Origin: an uncultured Clostridium sp.
GTDB lineage: Bacteria > Bacillota > Clostridia > TANB77 > CAG-508
Reading direction: 5' to 3'
Length of the DNA stretch: 64,000 bases
Assembly (NCBI GenBank): GCA_964596175.1
Contig: CAZQTH010000002.1
Coordinates: 2,342-66,341, forward strand
Below, piece by piece: positions 1 to 9,983 of this stretch; positions within the stretch are counted from its first letter, which is position 1, and the number at the start of each line of letters is the position of its first letter. A program made the translations under genes and the position numbers. The notes under the pieces were generated by a model. It saw nothing but the letters and a program-made list of their open reading frames with translations, did no database searches and had not been told where the DNA came from.

Positions 1-390
1 ATAATTAGTTGTTTTTCTATAAATAGGAAAATGTCATAAACAATACAAATGATAAAAGAAAGATGTGTAAAAAAACTTGAGAACAAGAAGAGTTAAGAAT
101 TTATGAATAAAAAATTAAGAAAATATAAATTGTTTTTAAGTAATAAGATTGCTATAATATCCTTGAGGAATGAATATAGAAAAAATAGTTTTTATAATAG
201 GAAGTTTTATAGAATATATTATAGAAAAGATAGTAGGATTTTTGTATTCACAGTATTTATATTATTTGATATAATAATATCCGGTCTGACATGCGTAAGA
301 TAAACACAAAGAAAGAATAAAACAAGTATAGGAAATTTTTGGATAAATATTGTTCAGATGAAATCTATTCAAATACAAAGGAGATATAAA

Positions 391-1116
391 GTGAAACAAG
401 AAAAAAAGAAATATAAAGTTTTAAAAATAGTAATATTAGTAGTTACGATTCTGCTATTAAGTGCTTTAACTATATATTTATTTCCAATGATGGGAAAATT
501 ATTTGATAAACAAGGAAGAGAAGGATTTAAACAAGAGATACAATCTTCAGGATTTACAGGGATGCTTATATTGTTAGGATTACAAGCAGTACAAATATTA
601 CTTCCTATACTTCCAGGAGAACCAATAGAAATATTAGCAGGAATGTGCTATGGACCTATAGGTGGATTTATATTTTTAACAGTATCAGTATTTTTAATTA
701 CAACTTTAATATTTCTTACTGTAAGGAAATTAGGTAGAAGTTTTGTTTATGGAGTATGTAGTGAAGAAAAGATAAAAAAATTAGAAAATAGTAAATTATT
801 TAAAAATCCTAAAAAAATAGAATATATAATGTTAATACTGTTTTTGATTCCAGGAACACCAAAGGACTTACTTGTGTATATTGCTGGATTATTACCAATA
901 AAACCATTAAGATTCATATTAATATCAACATTTGCAAGGTTTCCATCTTTAATATCATCGACAGTTGCAGGGGATAGTATAATAGAAGGAAATTGGGAAT
1001 TTGGAATAACTTTATATGTTATAACATTCTTGATAGTAGGGATTGTAATATTTATTGCAGAGAAAAGAGATAAAACAAAGTTAACAAAAGAGATAATAGA
1101 AAATGTAACAAAATAA
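391..1116 (+). CDS. TVP38/TMEM64 (DedA-related) family membrane protein
   Basis: ORF 358..1116. Multi-TM protein with 'LPGEPIEILAG' and 'IPGTPKDLLVYIAGL' motifs typical of the family. GTG at 391 has a well-spaced AAAGGAGA SD; ATG 358 does not. Confidence 0.7.
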   Translation: MKQEKKKYKVLKIVILVVTILLLSALTIYLFPMMGKLFDKQGREGFKQEIQSSGFTGMLILLGLQAVQILLPILPGEPIEILAGMCYGPIGGFIFLTVSVFLITTLIFLTVRKLGRSFVYGVCSEEKIKKLENSKLFKNPKKIEYIMLILFLIPGTPKDLLVYIAGLLPIKPLRFILISTFARFPSLISSTVAGDSIIEGNWEFGITLYVITFLIVGIVIFIAEKRDKTKLTKEIIENVTK

Positions 1117-1191
1117 AAAAAGTCTAAAATATATATTTTGGACTTTTCTTTCATTTTATGGTATTATATTATAGGTAAGGAGAGGGTTATT

Positions 1192-1704
1192 TTGGTAAAA
1201 GCAATTGTATATAAAAGTGAAACGGGTTTTACGAAAGAATATGCAGAAATTTTATCTAAGAAATTAAATATACCATATTATACAATAAGGGAAGCAAAAA
1301 AAGAATTAAAAAGAAAAGATGAAATTGTTTATTTAGGATGGATATGTGCTGGTAGAATTTCTGGCATAGATAGAGTAAGAAATAGATATAATGTAAAATG
1401 TTATGGATCAGTTGGGGCATTTCCAAAAGAGGATAATTACATACAAACATTAATAAAATCAAATGCTTTAGAAAACGATAAAGTATTTTATTTAAGAGGT
1501 GGACTTAATTTAAAAAAGCTAAAAGGCTATAAAAAGATTATTGTGAAAATAGTAGGTAATATTTTAAAGAAAGATAATAAAGAAAAAGAGGGCAGTAAAG
1601 AATTAACTAGAATTTTTAACGAAGGTGCTAGTTTTGTAAATTCAAAAAATCTATCTGAAATGATAAATTATATAAAAAAAGTAGGAGATAAAAATGCCAA
1701 TTGA
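1192..1704 (+). CDS. flavodoxin-like domain protein
   Basis: ORF 1138..1704. N-terminus 'KAIVYKSETGFTKEYAEILSKKL' resembles a flavodoxin fold start. TTG at 1192 follows a GGTAAGGAGAGG SD. Confidence 0.5.
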   Translation: MVKAIVYKSETGFTKEYAEILSKKLNIPYYTIREAKKELKRKDEIVYLGWICAGRISGIDRVRNRYNVKCYGSVGAFPKEDNYIQTLIKSNALENDKVFYLRGGLNLKKLKGYKKIIVKIVGNILKKDNKEKEGSKELTRIFNEGASFVNSKNLSEMINYIKKVGDKNAN

Positions 1705-3052
1705 GAAAAATAAAGAGTATATAGTAGATATAATAGACAATGGCTTTGAAGGTGAAGGTATTGCAAAGATAGATGGTTTTACAATATTTATACCAAATTG
1801 TATTAAAGGTGAGAAAGTAAGAATTTTAATAGTAAAAGTATTAAAATCACATGCTTTTGGTAAAGCATTAGAAATAATAGAATCATCAGAACAAAGAGTT
1901 GAGAGTGATTGTGATACATATAAACGTTGTGGTGGTTGTGATTTAAGACATATAAAATATAAAGAAACTCTTAAAATGAAGCAAAATGCAGTACAAAGTT
2001 TAGTAAATAAAACGTTAGAAAATAAAATAGAAGTTGAAGAAACTTTAGGAATGAAAAATCCATATTATTATAGAAATAAAGCCCAGTATCCAGTAGGACT
2101 TGATAAAAAAGGATTACCCATAATTGGAGTTTTTGCAAATAGAACACATGAAATCATTCCAATTAAAGAATGTTTGATTCAAAATAAAGAAAGCCAAAAA
2201 ATAGCCAAGTTTGTTATAGAATTTATTAAGAAAAATAAAATTTCCATTTATGACGAGAAAACTAGAAAAGGATTGATTAGACATATTGTAACAAAGGTTG
2301 GAATAAAAACAAATGAGATAATGCTAATTTTAGTAATAAATGGGAAAGAAATTCCAAAAGAACAAGAACTTATAAAAGAAGTTTTAAAGAGGTTTCAAAA
2401 TGTCAAAACAATAGTAAAAAATATAAATACTAAAAATACTAATGTTATTATGGGAAAAGAAAATATTAATTTGTATGGAGATGGATATATAAATGATATT
2501 TTAGGAGACTATGAGTTTAAAATATCTCCACTTTCTTTTTACCAAGTAAATCCTGTTCAGGCTGAAAAATTATATAACATTGGAGTGGAAATGGCTAATA
2601 TTTCCAAAGATGATATTGTGTTTGACCTATATTGTGGAATTGGTACAATATCATTGTTTATATCAAAATATGCAAAAAAGGTTTATGGAATAGAAATTGT
2701 AGAAGAAGCGGTAAAAGATGCTAAAGAAAATGCTAAATTAAATAAAGTAGATAATACAGAGTTTATTGTAGGAGATGTAGAAAAAGTATTAGATGATTTA
2801 ATAAATAGTGAAAAGGTAATTCCAGATGTTATTATGATAGATCCGCCAAGAAAAGGACTAGATAATAAAAGTATAGAAAATATATTAAAAGTAAGTCCTA
2901 AAAAATTAGTTTATATTAGTTGTAACCCGGCAACTTTAGTTAGAGATTTAGCTAAACTGGAAGAAAAATATGGAATTAAAATTATTAAACCAGTCGATAT
3001 GTTTCCATTTAGCAAGCATGTGGAATGTGTCGCGTTGCTATGTTTGAAATAA
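1694..3052 (+). CDS. rlmD: 23S rRNA (uracil-C5)-methyltransferase, RumA/RlmD family (TRAM domain, Fe-S cluster, SAM methyltransferase)
   Basis: N-terminal TRAM-like segment, Cys cluster 'CDTYKRCGGCDLRH', SAM motif 'DLYCGIGTISL', C-terminal 'DPPRKG ... YISCNPATLVRD'. Confidence 0.9.
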   Translation: MPIEKNKEYIVDIIDNGFEGEGIAKIDGFTIFIPNCIKGEKVRILIVKVLKSHAFGKALEIIESSEQRVESDCDTYKRCGGCDLRHIKYKETLKMKQNAVQSLVNKTLENKIEVEETLGMKNPYYYRNKAQYPVGLDKKGLPIIGVFANRTHEIIPIKECLIQNKESQKIAKFVIEFIKKNKISIYDEKTRKGLIRHIVTKVGIKTNEIMLILVINGKEIPKEQELIKEVLKRFQNVKTIVKNINTKNTNVIMGKENINLYGDGYINDILGDYEFKISPLSFYQVNPVQAEKLYNIGVEMANISKDDIVFDLYCGIGTISLFISKYAKKVYGIEIVEEAVKDAKENAKLNKVDNTEFIVGDVEKVLDDLINSEKVIPDVIMIDPPRKGLDNKSIENILKVSPKKLVYISCNPATLVRDLAKLEEKYGIKIIKPVDMFPFSKHVECVALLCLK

Positions 3053-3156
3053 AAAAGCATAAAAAAGAGAAAAAATTACCTTTATATTGAAGAAGGCACT
3101 CTAAATAAAGTACTTTGATAAGTGCTTTATTTTTTAAAAAAATTCATGACAAACAC

Positions 3157-3206
3157 TTGTCGGAAATCTTCGTAAATGATATAATATTTACGAAGATTTC
3201 CGACAA
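3157..3206 (+). promoter_or_regulatory. Promoter with perfect 21-bp inverted-repeat operator upstream of abiEi
   Basis: TTGTCGGAAATCTTCGTAAAT (3157..3177) and its exact reverse complement (3186..3206). -35 TTGTCG (3157..3162), 17-nt spacer, -10 TATAAT (3180..3185) lying between the arms. Confidence 0.55.
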
Positions 3207-3220
3207 AGGAGAAAATAAAA

Positions 3221-3814
3221 ATGGATAATATTGAAAAAATTGAAAAATTATTAAAGAAGAGAAACGGAATTATAACAACAAGAGAAGTTGAAGAATTAGG
3301 AATTAACAGTAGAATTCTAACAAGGATGATTGAAAGAGGGATAATTGAAAGAGTTGTAAGAGGTGTTTATATAAGTGTAGATACACTAGAAGATACATAT
3401 TTTATAACACAAGCTATATGCAAAAAAGGTATATTCTCTCATGAAACAGCTTTATATTTTCATGATTTATGCGATAGAACACCCATAAAATATCAATTAA
3501 CAGTACCCACTAATTATAATAACATATTAATAAAAAATAAAAACTATCAATTTTTTTATTTGAAAGAAGAATTATATGAAATAGGTATTACAGAAATGAA
3601 AACACCTTATGGAAATAAAGTAAAAGTCTATGATTTAGAAAGAACAATATGCGATATTATAAGAAATAAAAAGAAAATTGAAATAGCTTTATTTACAGAT
3701 GCAATGAAAAGATATGCTGATAGAAAAGATAGAAATTCTATTAAATTGCATAAATATGCAAAAATATTTAATATTGAAGATGAACTAAGGAAATATCTGG
3801 AGGTTTTGCTATGA
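3221..3814 (+). CDS. Type IV toxin-antitoxin/abortive-infection antitoxin, AbiEi family
   Basis: N-terminal wHTH 'GIITTREVEELGINSRILTRMIERGIIERVVRGVY' typical of AbiEi. 4-bp ATGA overlap with the downstream toxin gene. Confidence 0.8.
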   Translation: MDNIEKIEKLLKKRNGIITTREVEELGINSRILTRMIERGIIERVVRGVYISVDTLEDTYFITQAICKKGIFSHETALYFHDLCDRTPIKYQLTVPTNYNNILIKNKNYQFFYLKEELYEIGITEMKTPYGNKVKVYDLERTICDIIRNKKKIEIALFTDAMKRYADRKDRNSIKLHKYAKIFNIEDELRKYLEVLL

Positions 3815-4653
3815 TAGCTAAAAATAGAGCACAACTAAAAGCATGGATAAAAAATATGTCAACAAAAGTTGATGTAAATGAAAATATTATCTTACAAAAC
3901 TATATGCTAGAGAGACTATTGGAAAGAATTTCTGTATCAGAATATAAATATAAATTTATATTAAAAGGTGGAATGCTAATAACAGCTATAGTTGGAATAG
4001 ATATGAGAAATACACTAGATATGGATGCAACAATAAAAGGTTTTGATTTAGAAAAAGATAATCTTGAAGATATTTTAGACAATATATTTAAGATAGATTT
4101 AGATGATGGTGTAACTTTTGAATTTAAAGGAATAAAAGAAATAAGACAAGAAGATGAATATGGTGGATATAGAGTATCATTAGATGCAAAGTTTGATAAT
4201 TTAGATGTACCTATGAAATTAGATATAACAACAGGAGATGTCATTACTCCTAAAGAAGTAAAATATAAATTTGATTTGATGTTTGAAGAGCGTTCTATTG
4301 AAATATTAGCTTATAATATGGAAACTGTAATTGCAGATAAATTTGAAACAATTATATCAAAAAATGTTGATACTACAAGAGCAAGGGATTTTTATGACAT
4401 TTATATTTTATGGACGACACAACAGAAAAATTTTGATAGATATTTATTAAAACAAGCTATTGTAAAGAAATTTGAATACAGAGGTTTTATGGATAAGTTA
4501 AATAATATAGATGAGATAATGGAAGTTATAAAAGAAAGTGATGCACTTAAAAAACATTGGAAAAACTATCAAAGTAAATTTAGTTATGCAGAAGATATTA
4601 GTTATGAAGATACGATGAGAGTGTTGGAAGAAATAATAAATATAATAAAATAA
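3811..4653 (+). CDS. Nucleotidyltransferase toxin, AbiEii/AbiGii (DUF1814) family
   Basis: 'LERLLERIS...YKFILKGGMLI...DMD' nucleotidyltransferase signature of AbiEii. Translationally coupled to AbiEi. Confidence 0.85.
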   Translation: MIAKNRAQLKAWIKNMSTKVDVNENIILQNYMLERLLERISVSEYKYKFILKGGMLITAIVGIDMRNTLDMDATIKGFDLEKDNLEDILDNIFKIDLDDGVTFEFKGIKEIRQEDEYGGYRVSLDAKFDNLDVPMKLDITTGDVITPKEVKYKFDLMFEERSIEILAYNMETVIADKFETIISKNVDTTRARDFYDIYILWTTQQKNFDRYLLKQAIVKKFEYRGFMDKLNNIDEIMEVIKESDALKKHWKNYQSKFSYAEDISYEDTMRVLEEIINIIK

Positions 4654-4916
4654 TAAAGAATAAATAATATATAACCATATTAAATAGAAAATTTTATGAG
4701 AACTTTTTCAAACGGATAGTAATAAAATTTTTTATATAGCTAATAAGAGGAATAAAGTCTTAAAGATAAAATATAGATATATTTTTGGTAATGGGATAAA
4801 ATCATATCTACTGTGCTTGTACGAGTTTTAACAACACTGCAACAGTTACGGTACAATTAATTGTGAAATAATTACATTTCTTAAATTAAAGTAAATATAT
4901 ATAGGAGGAAAATGTT

Positions 4917-5492
4917 ATGGAAAGAAAAGATGCAATTAATCTATTAAAAAAATATAATAAAGAGGAATTTCATATAAGACATGCATTAACAGTAGAGGCT
5001 GTTATGAGATATTTTGCAAAAGAAGAAGGTGAAGATGAAGAATTCTGGGGAGAAGTAGGATTACTACATGATGTTGATTTTGAAGAATATCCAGATGAAC
5101 ATTGCAAAAAAGCACCAGAATTATTAAAAGAAATTGATGCAAGTGAAGATATGGTACATGCTATTTGTAGTCATGCATATGGTATTTGTTCAGATGTGAA
5201 ACCAGAAAAGAAAATGGAAAAAATCCTATTTGCAGTAGATGAGCTAACAGGAATCATTTGGGCTGCTGCAAAAATGAGACCATCTAAAAGTACGAAAGAT
5301 ATGGAGCTTAAAAGTTTAAAGAAGAAATTCAAAGATAAAAAGTTTGCAGCTGGTTGTTCAAGAGACACTATAAAAACTGGTGCAGAACAATTAAATTGGG
5401 AGTTAGATATATTATTAGACAAAACATTACAAGCTATGAAAGCATGTGAAGATGAAATTGAAGAGAATGTAAAGAAAGAAGTTAAATGTTAA
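4917..5492 (+). CDS. HD/HDIG-domain metal-dependent phosphohydrolase
   Basis: 'HIRHALTVEAV...GLLHDVD' HD motif. Strong AGGAGG SD. Confidence 0.75.
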   Translation: MERKDAINLLKKYNKEEFHIRHALTVEAVMRYFAKEEGEDEEFWGEVGLLHDVDFEEYPDEHCKKAPELLKEIDASEDMVHAICSHAYGICSDVKPEKKMEKILFAVDELTGIIWAAAKMRPSKSTKDMELKSLKKKFKDKKFAAGCSRDTIKTGAEQLNWELDILLDKTLQAMKACEDEIEENVKKEVKC

Positions 5493-5606
5493 ATAATTTT
5501 TTAGATATAGGTTATACCGAGTTTACAATAGGATTAGAAAGCAATAATGAAGTAGCTAAACATATAATTCTAAGAATGATATAAAAAATGAAGAGAGGAA
5601 CCCAAA

Positions 5607-6017
5607 ATGAAAAAATTAAATGTAATATTTGTTTATAATAAAGAAAAAAGTAAAATACTTATGTGTAAAAGAGCAAAAGAACCATATAAAGGGAAATATA
5701 ACTTAGTTGGTGGAAAAGTAGAAAATGGTGAAGATGAGCTGTGTGCAGCATATAGAGAGTTAAAAGAGGAGACAGGAATAACAAAAGATGATATTAAGAT
5801 AACTCGTTTTATGGATTTTGAGTACAAAATGCAAGAGATGGAATTAGAAGTATATGTGGGGAAACTAAATAAAGATGTGAATTTAGTAGAAGAAGTAAAC
5901 AAGTTATATTGGATAGATAAAAATGAAAATTTCTTTGATATAGAAAAATTTGCAGGGGAAGGAAATATTGGACACATGGTAAAACAAATAGAATATTACA
6001 AAGACAAATTGTTTTAA
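5607..6017 (+). CDS. NUDIX hydrolase
   Basis: Nudix box 'GGKVENGEDELCAAYRELKEETGI'. Confidence 0.85.
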   Translation: MKKLNVIFVYNKEKSKILMCKRAKEPYKGKYNLVGGKVENGEDELCAAYRELKEETGITKDDIKITRFMDFEYKMQEMELEVYVGKLNKDVNLVEEVNKLYWIDKNENFFDIEKFAGEGNIGHMVKQIEYYKDKLF

Positions 6018-6033
6018 AAGATGGAGGAATTTA

Positions 6034-6750
6034 ATGGCTAAAATTTACAAAAAAATTTTATTTGATTTAGATAACACTTTGATAGATGATAATGAAAATA
6101 GAAGATATGCAATGAAAAAATTATTGTCAGAGAGAAAAGAAAGTGTAACAGAAGAAAAATTGGAAAAGTTTATAAAAATGGATGATAAATATTGGAAAGA
6201 TAGAGCAGAAAGAAAAATAAAAGACCCATATAAATTTAAAACATTAGAAGAAAAAACTACTTGGGTAAGAGCACAAAGATTTATAATGTATTTTAATTGC
6301 TCTTTTGAAGAGGCAGTCAAAATAAATGAAAAATATATTAATTATTTAAAAACAAGCATTGTTCCCATAGATAATGCTAAAGAAATATTAGAATATTTAA
6401 ATAAAAAACAATATGAAATATATATTGTAACAAACGGACCAGAAAAACCAGTTGAAAATAAATTAAATAGTATTGGAGCTAATAAATATGTAGAAGCTGT
6501 ATTCACAGCGGAAGAAGCGGGATACATGAAACCACATAAAGAGTTTTTTGACAAATTTTTTAAAAAGATAAATACATATAAAAAAGAAGATATGATAATA
6601 ATTGGCGATGAATTAGAAAAAGATGTATTAGGTGGAATTCAAAATGGTATAGACTCTTGTTGGTTTAATGCAAAACATAAAGAAAATAAAACAGGAATTA
6701 ATCCAAATTTTGAGATAAATAATTTACTAGATTTAAAAAATATTTTATAG
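6034..6750 (+). CDS. HAD-superfamily hydrolase (YjjG-like nucleotidase type)
   Basis: Motif I 'LFDLDNTL', 'IVTNG', 'IIIGDELEKDVLGG'. Confidence 0.8.
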   Translation: MAKIYKKILFDLDNTLIDDNENRRYAMKKLLSERKESVTEEKLEKFIKMDDKYWKDRAERKIKDPYKFKTLEEKTTWVRAQRFIMYFNCSFEEAVKINEKYINYLKTSIVPIDNAKEILEYLNKKQYEIYIVTNGPEKPVENKLNSIGANKYVEAVFTAEEAGYMKPHKEFFDKFFKKINTYKKEDMIIIGDELEKDVLGGIQNGIDSCWFNAKHKENKTGINPNFEINNLLDLKNIL

Positions 6751-6761
6751 GGAGAATAGGT

Positions 6762-7331
6762 ATGGAAGAAGTAATATTTGTAACACATAATAAAGGAAAA
6801 ATAGCTTCTGCTAAAAAATATCTAAAAGATGTAAATTTTAAAGTATTTGAATATGAGTTAGAAGAACCTAGGAGTGATGATATAAAATATATATCAAAAT
6901 ACAAGGTAATGGAAGCATACAAGTTAGTAAACAGACCTTGCATATCATTAGATAGTGGATTTTGGATAGATGAACTAAATGGATTTCCAAAAGCTTTTGT
7001 AAATTTTTCTTTAGATACGATAGGAATAAAAGGAATATTAAAATTAATGGAAGGAAAAGAAAACAGAACTTGCAAATTTACAGAATGTTTATCATATTAT
7101 GATGGAAAAGAGTTACATCAATTTATGGGAGAACATGAAGGAACTTTATCTAAAGAAATTCTAGGAAAAGATACTGAAAAGAAATGGTCTGATTTATGGT
7201 ACATATATAAACCATATGGTTATGATAGAACTTTGGCACAAATGACAGACGAAGAAAGAGAATCTAGGAAAAAATACAAATCAGTGGATTCAATGAAAGA
7301 GTTTTCTAATTGGTATAAGAGCTTACAATAA
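6762..7331 (+). CDS. Ham1/ITPase-like non-canonical NTP pyrophosphatase family protein
   Basis: 'FVTHNKGKIASAKK' and 'SLDSGFWIDELNGFP' resemble the RdgB/Ham1 motifs (TxNxGK, DDSG). Confidence 0.6.
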   Translation: MEEVIFVTHNKGKIASAKKYLKDVNFKVFEYELEEPRSDDIKYISKYKVMEAYKLVNRPCISLDSGFWIDELNGFPKAFVNFSLDTIGIKGILKLMEGKENRTCKFTECLSYYDGKELHQFMGEHEGTLSKEILGKDTEKKWSDLWYIYKPYGYDRTLAQMTDEERESRKKYKSVDSMKEFSNWYKSLQ

Positions 7332-7387
7332 GTTAAAAATGAAATCTACATTGTAAAATGTAACTAAAGTGTGAAGGAGGTAAAAGA

Positions 7388-8230
7388 ATGGAAGATATGG
7401 AAAAAAGATTAGAACGATTACAGAAAAATTTGGATGAATTAAGTTTAGAAGCTAAAGAAAAAGTAAATGAAGAACTAGATAATGAATGGAATTTTGAAGA
7501 TACACCAGAGTATGAGTCAGATAATTTATTAGAAGAAGCATATGATGCAGAGACTGAAAAAGAAGCAAGAAAATTAGTAAAAAAAGCATTAGAAGTTTAT
7601 CCAGATAACATTGATGCACAAACATTTTTAGCAAATATGGAAGAAAATCCTGTGAATAGATTAAAAAAACTTGATTGGGCAATAGAAAATGCAAGAAAAA
7701 TTTTAGAAAAAGAAGGTTGTTTTGAAGAAGATAATATAGGAGTTTTTTGGGGGATATTAGAAACAAGATCTTATATGAGAGCAAGAAATTTTAGAGTAGA
7801 AACTTTAATGTTTTTAGGAAGATACCATGAAGCTATAAAAGAATGTGAAGAATTATTAAAATTATGTGAAAGTGATAATCTAGGAATAAGATATAAATTA
7901 ATGGGATTATATTGTTTTTTAGAGGAATTTGATAAATGTGAAGAGTTGTTTAAAAAATATGACGAAGAATCAGCTTTTACATTACTTCCAATATCAATTA
8001 TGTATTATAAAAAAGGCGATTATAAAAAAGCAGAGAAAATGATAAAAATTTTAGATGAAGTAAACCCATATATAGTAGATAATATAGTAAGTGATGATAT
8101 TGAAGGAGGACTAGTAGAATATTATGCACCAGGCTCAGAAGAAGAAGCATATATTGTACATATGGAGTTATTATATTTACTTGTAAGTGTACCATCATTT
8201 TTAGGATTTTTAATGGAAAAGACTTTATAG
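7388..8230 (+). CDS. Hypothetical protein, helical/TPR-like
   Basis: Long ORF with a good SD (GGAGG). Acidic N-terminus and helical-repeat-like composition. No family recognised. Confidence 0.5.
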   Translation: MEDMEKRLERLQKNLDELSLEAKEKVNEELDNEWNFEDTPEYESDNLLEEAYDAETEKEARKLVKKALEVYPDNIDAQTFLANMEENPVNRLKKLDWAIENARKILEKEGCFEEDNIGVFWGILETRSYMRARNFRVETLMFLGRYHEAIKECEELLKLCESDNLGIRYKLMGLYCFLEEFDKCEELFKKYDEESAFTLLPISIMYYKKGDYKKAEKMIKILDEVNPYIVDNIVSDDIEGGLVEYYAPGSEEEAYIVHMELLYLLVSVPSFLGFLMEKTL

Positions 8231-8345
8231 ATAAAAATATGTTTTAAAGAAAGTAATTTATTTGCTTTCTTTTTTAGTTTTTTAGTTTGAGATTTTAAGA
8301 AAAATATGATATATAATATAGAGAAAAACGAAGGGAGAAATAAAT

Positions 8346-8708
8346 ATGCAAAAAATTATAGTAGAAGTTGGTTCAAAAAATACAAATATAGATATATGCT
8401 ATGGAAAAGATTCAAAACATATATTGAGCTTACCAATAAAATTTGAAGAAAATTATCAAAAAGAGGGAAAACTTTCTAAGGATGATATAGATAAATTAAT
8501 AGAAAGAGTAAATATATTAAATGTTGTATATTATGATATTCATATTTATGGAACAGGTGTATTTAGAGGATTAAAAGAAGAAGAAATAAAAAGTTTTATA
8601 AAAGAATTTAAAGAAAGAACAAAAAGAGATTTTTGTATTTTAAGTGTAGAAGAAGAAAATAAATTACACGAAAAAGGGGTAAGTTGCTTAGCAAATAAGG
8701 AAAATTAA
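8346..8708 (+). CDS. Hypothetical protein
   Basis: ORF with an AGGGAG SD. No motif recognised. Confidence 0.45.
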   Translation: MQKIIVEVGSKNTNIDICYGKDSKHILSLPIKFEENYQKEGKLSKDDIDKLIERVNILNVVYYDIHIYGTGVFRGLKEEEIKSFIKEFKERTKRDFCILSVEEENKLHEKGVSCLANKEN

Positions 8709-8840
8709 AAATTATTTTTAAAGGTAGTAGTTTCTACAAATTTAGCATAAAAAAAGTGTATAATAGGTATAGAGGATGTATCCTCTATTTGCTAAAAAGT
8801 TTGCAAAGGAAACGTACCCAACGCAAAATAGGAGGAAAAT

Positions 8841-9743
8841 ATGGAAGAATTCAAATCAGGGTTTGTAACATTAATAGGAAGAACAAATGTGGGAAAATCA
8901 ACATTAATTAATTTATTAGTAGGCGAAAAAATTGCTGCAATTGCAAATAAAGTCCAGACAACCAGAACAGCAATTAGAGGAATTGTAAATAGAAAGAATT
9001 CACAAATAATATTTACAGATACACCAGGAATCCATAAACCTAGAACAAAGTTAAATGAAACAATGTTAGATACATCTTTTACAAGTCTAAAAGATGCGGA
9101 TGTAGTTTTATTTCTAATTGAAGCTACAAGTGATGAAATAGGCAGAGGAGATAGAAGGATATTAGAGAAGATAAAAGAAGATAATGCTAAAACTATATTA
9201 ATCATAAATAAAATTGATTTAGTAAAAAAAGAAAAGTTATTAAAATTAATAGATTTATATAGTAAAGAGTATGATTTTGAAGCAGTAATACCAATATGTG
9301 CAACTGATAGTAAATATAGAGATATTGTGTTAGATGAAATAGAAAAGAACTTAAAACCAGGTCCTGCATATTATGATAAAGAGGAATATACGGATCAAAC
9401 TATGCGTCAACTTGCAGAAGAAACAATTAGAGAAAAAGCTTTAAAATTATTACAGGATGAAGTGCCTCATGGAATTTATATTGAAGTTACAAAAATGAAA
9501 CAAAGAAAAAATAAAAATGGTGAAGATATTTATGATATAGAAGCAACTATATATTGTCTTAGAGATTCTCATAAAGGGATTATTATTGGCAAAAATGGAG
9601 AAATGCTAAAAAGAATTGGAAGAGCTGCTAGAATTGATATGGAAAAAAATTTTGATGTAAAAATAAATTTAAAAACATGGGTAAAAGTAAAAGAAGACTG
9701 GCAAGACAATCCATTCATAATCAATAATTTTAAATTAAAATAA
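8841..9743 (+). CDS. era: GTPase Era
   Basis: G1 'GRTNVGKSTL', 'DTPG', 'NKID', C-terminal KH domain 'IIIGKNGEMLKRIG'. Confidence 0.95.
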   Translation: MEEFKSGFVTLIGRTNVGKSTLINLLVGEKIAAIANKVQTTRTAIRGIVNRKNSQIIFTDTPGIHKPRTKLNETMLDTSFTSLKDADVVLFLIEATSDEIGRGDRRILEKIKEDNAKTILIINKIDLVKKEKLLKLIDLYSKEYDFEAVIPICATDSKYRDIVLDEIEKNLKPGPAYYDKEEYTDQTMRQLAEETIREKALKLLQDEVPHGIYIEVTKMKQRKNKNGEDIYDIEATIYCLRDSHKGIIIGKNGEMLKRIGRAARIDMEKNFDVKINLKTWVKVKEDWQDNPFIINNFKLK

Positions 9744-9824
9744 AAAATTGTATAATAAGAATAAAAAAAGCAAAAGATAAAATTAAAGTTAAATTTAAAC
9801 TTTAATGAAAAAGGAAGTGAGCTT

Positions 9825-9983
9825 ATGATAAAGAAAATAGCATGGGATACCTTTAAAAATACAGGAGATATTAATGTATTCTTAGAGTTAAAACAAATAG
9901 AAGATATAGAAAAAAATATATACAAAGAAAAGGATATAGAAAAAGATGGCGAACTTAAAAGTAAATGGAATAATACTTTCTGA
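9825..9983 (+). CDS. yqzL: YqzL-family small protein (52 aa, absent from the ORF track)
   Basis: ATG at 9825 after a GGAAGTGAG SD. 'MIKKIAWDTFKNTGDINVFLELKQIE...' matches the YqzL pattern. Position between era and recO is the same as in Bacillus. Overlaps the recO start by 38 nt. Confidence 0.55.
   Translation: MIKKIAWDTFKNTGDINVFLELKQIEDIEKNIYKEKDIEKDGELKSKWNNTF

Noticed and set aside
103-303. 66-aa ORF at the window start
   Set aside because: It has no SD and an Arg/Lys/Tyr/Phe-rich composition typical of random AT-rich sequence, and it matches no motif. Treated as non-coding.
3157-3206. The 21-bp inverted repeat as the rlmD terminator
   Set aside because: It has no U-tract, lies 105 nt past the rlmD stop, and contains a consensus -35/-10 pair positioned for abiEi. 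Interpreted as promoter plus operator instead.
4654-4916. Possible riboswitch or small RNA in the 263-nt spacer upstream of the HD gene
   Set aside because: It contains only a short imperfect stem (TTGTAC...GTACAA around 4812..4852) and no conserved riboswitch core that I recognise. The evidence is insufficient.
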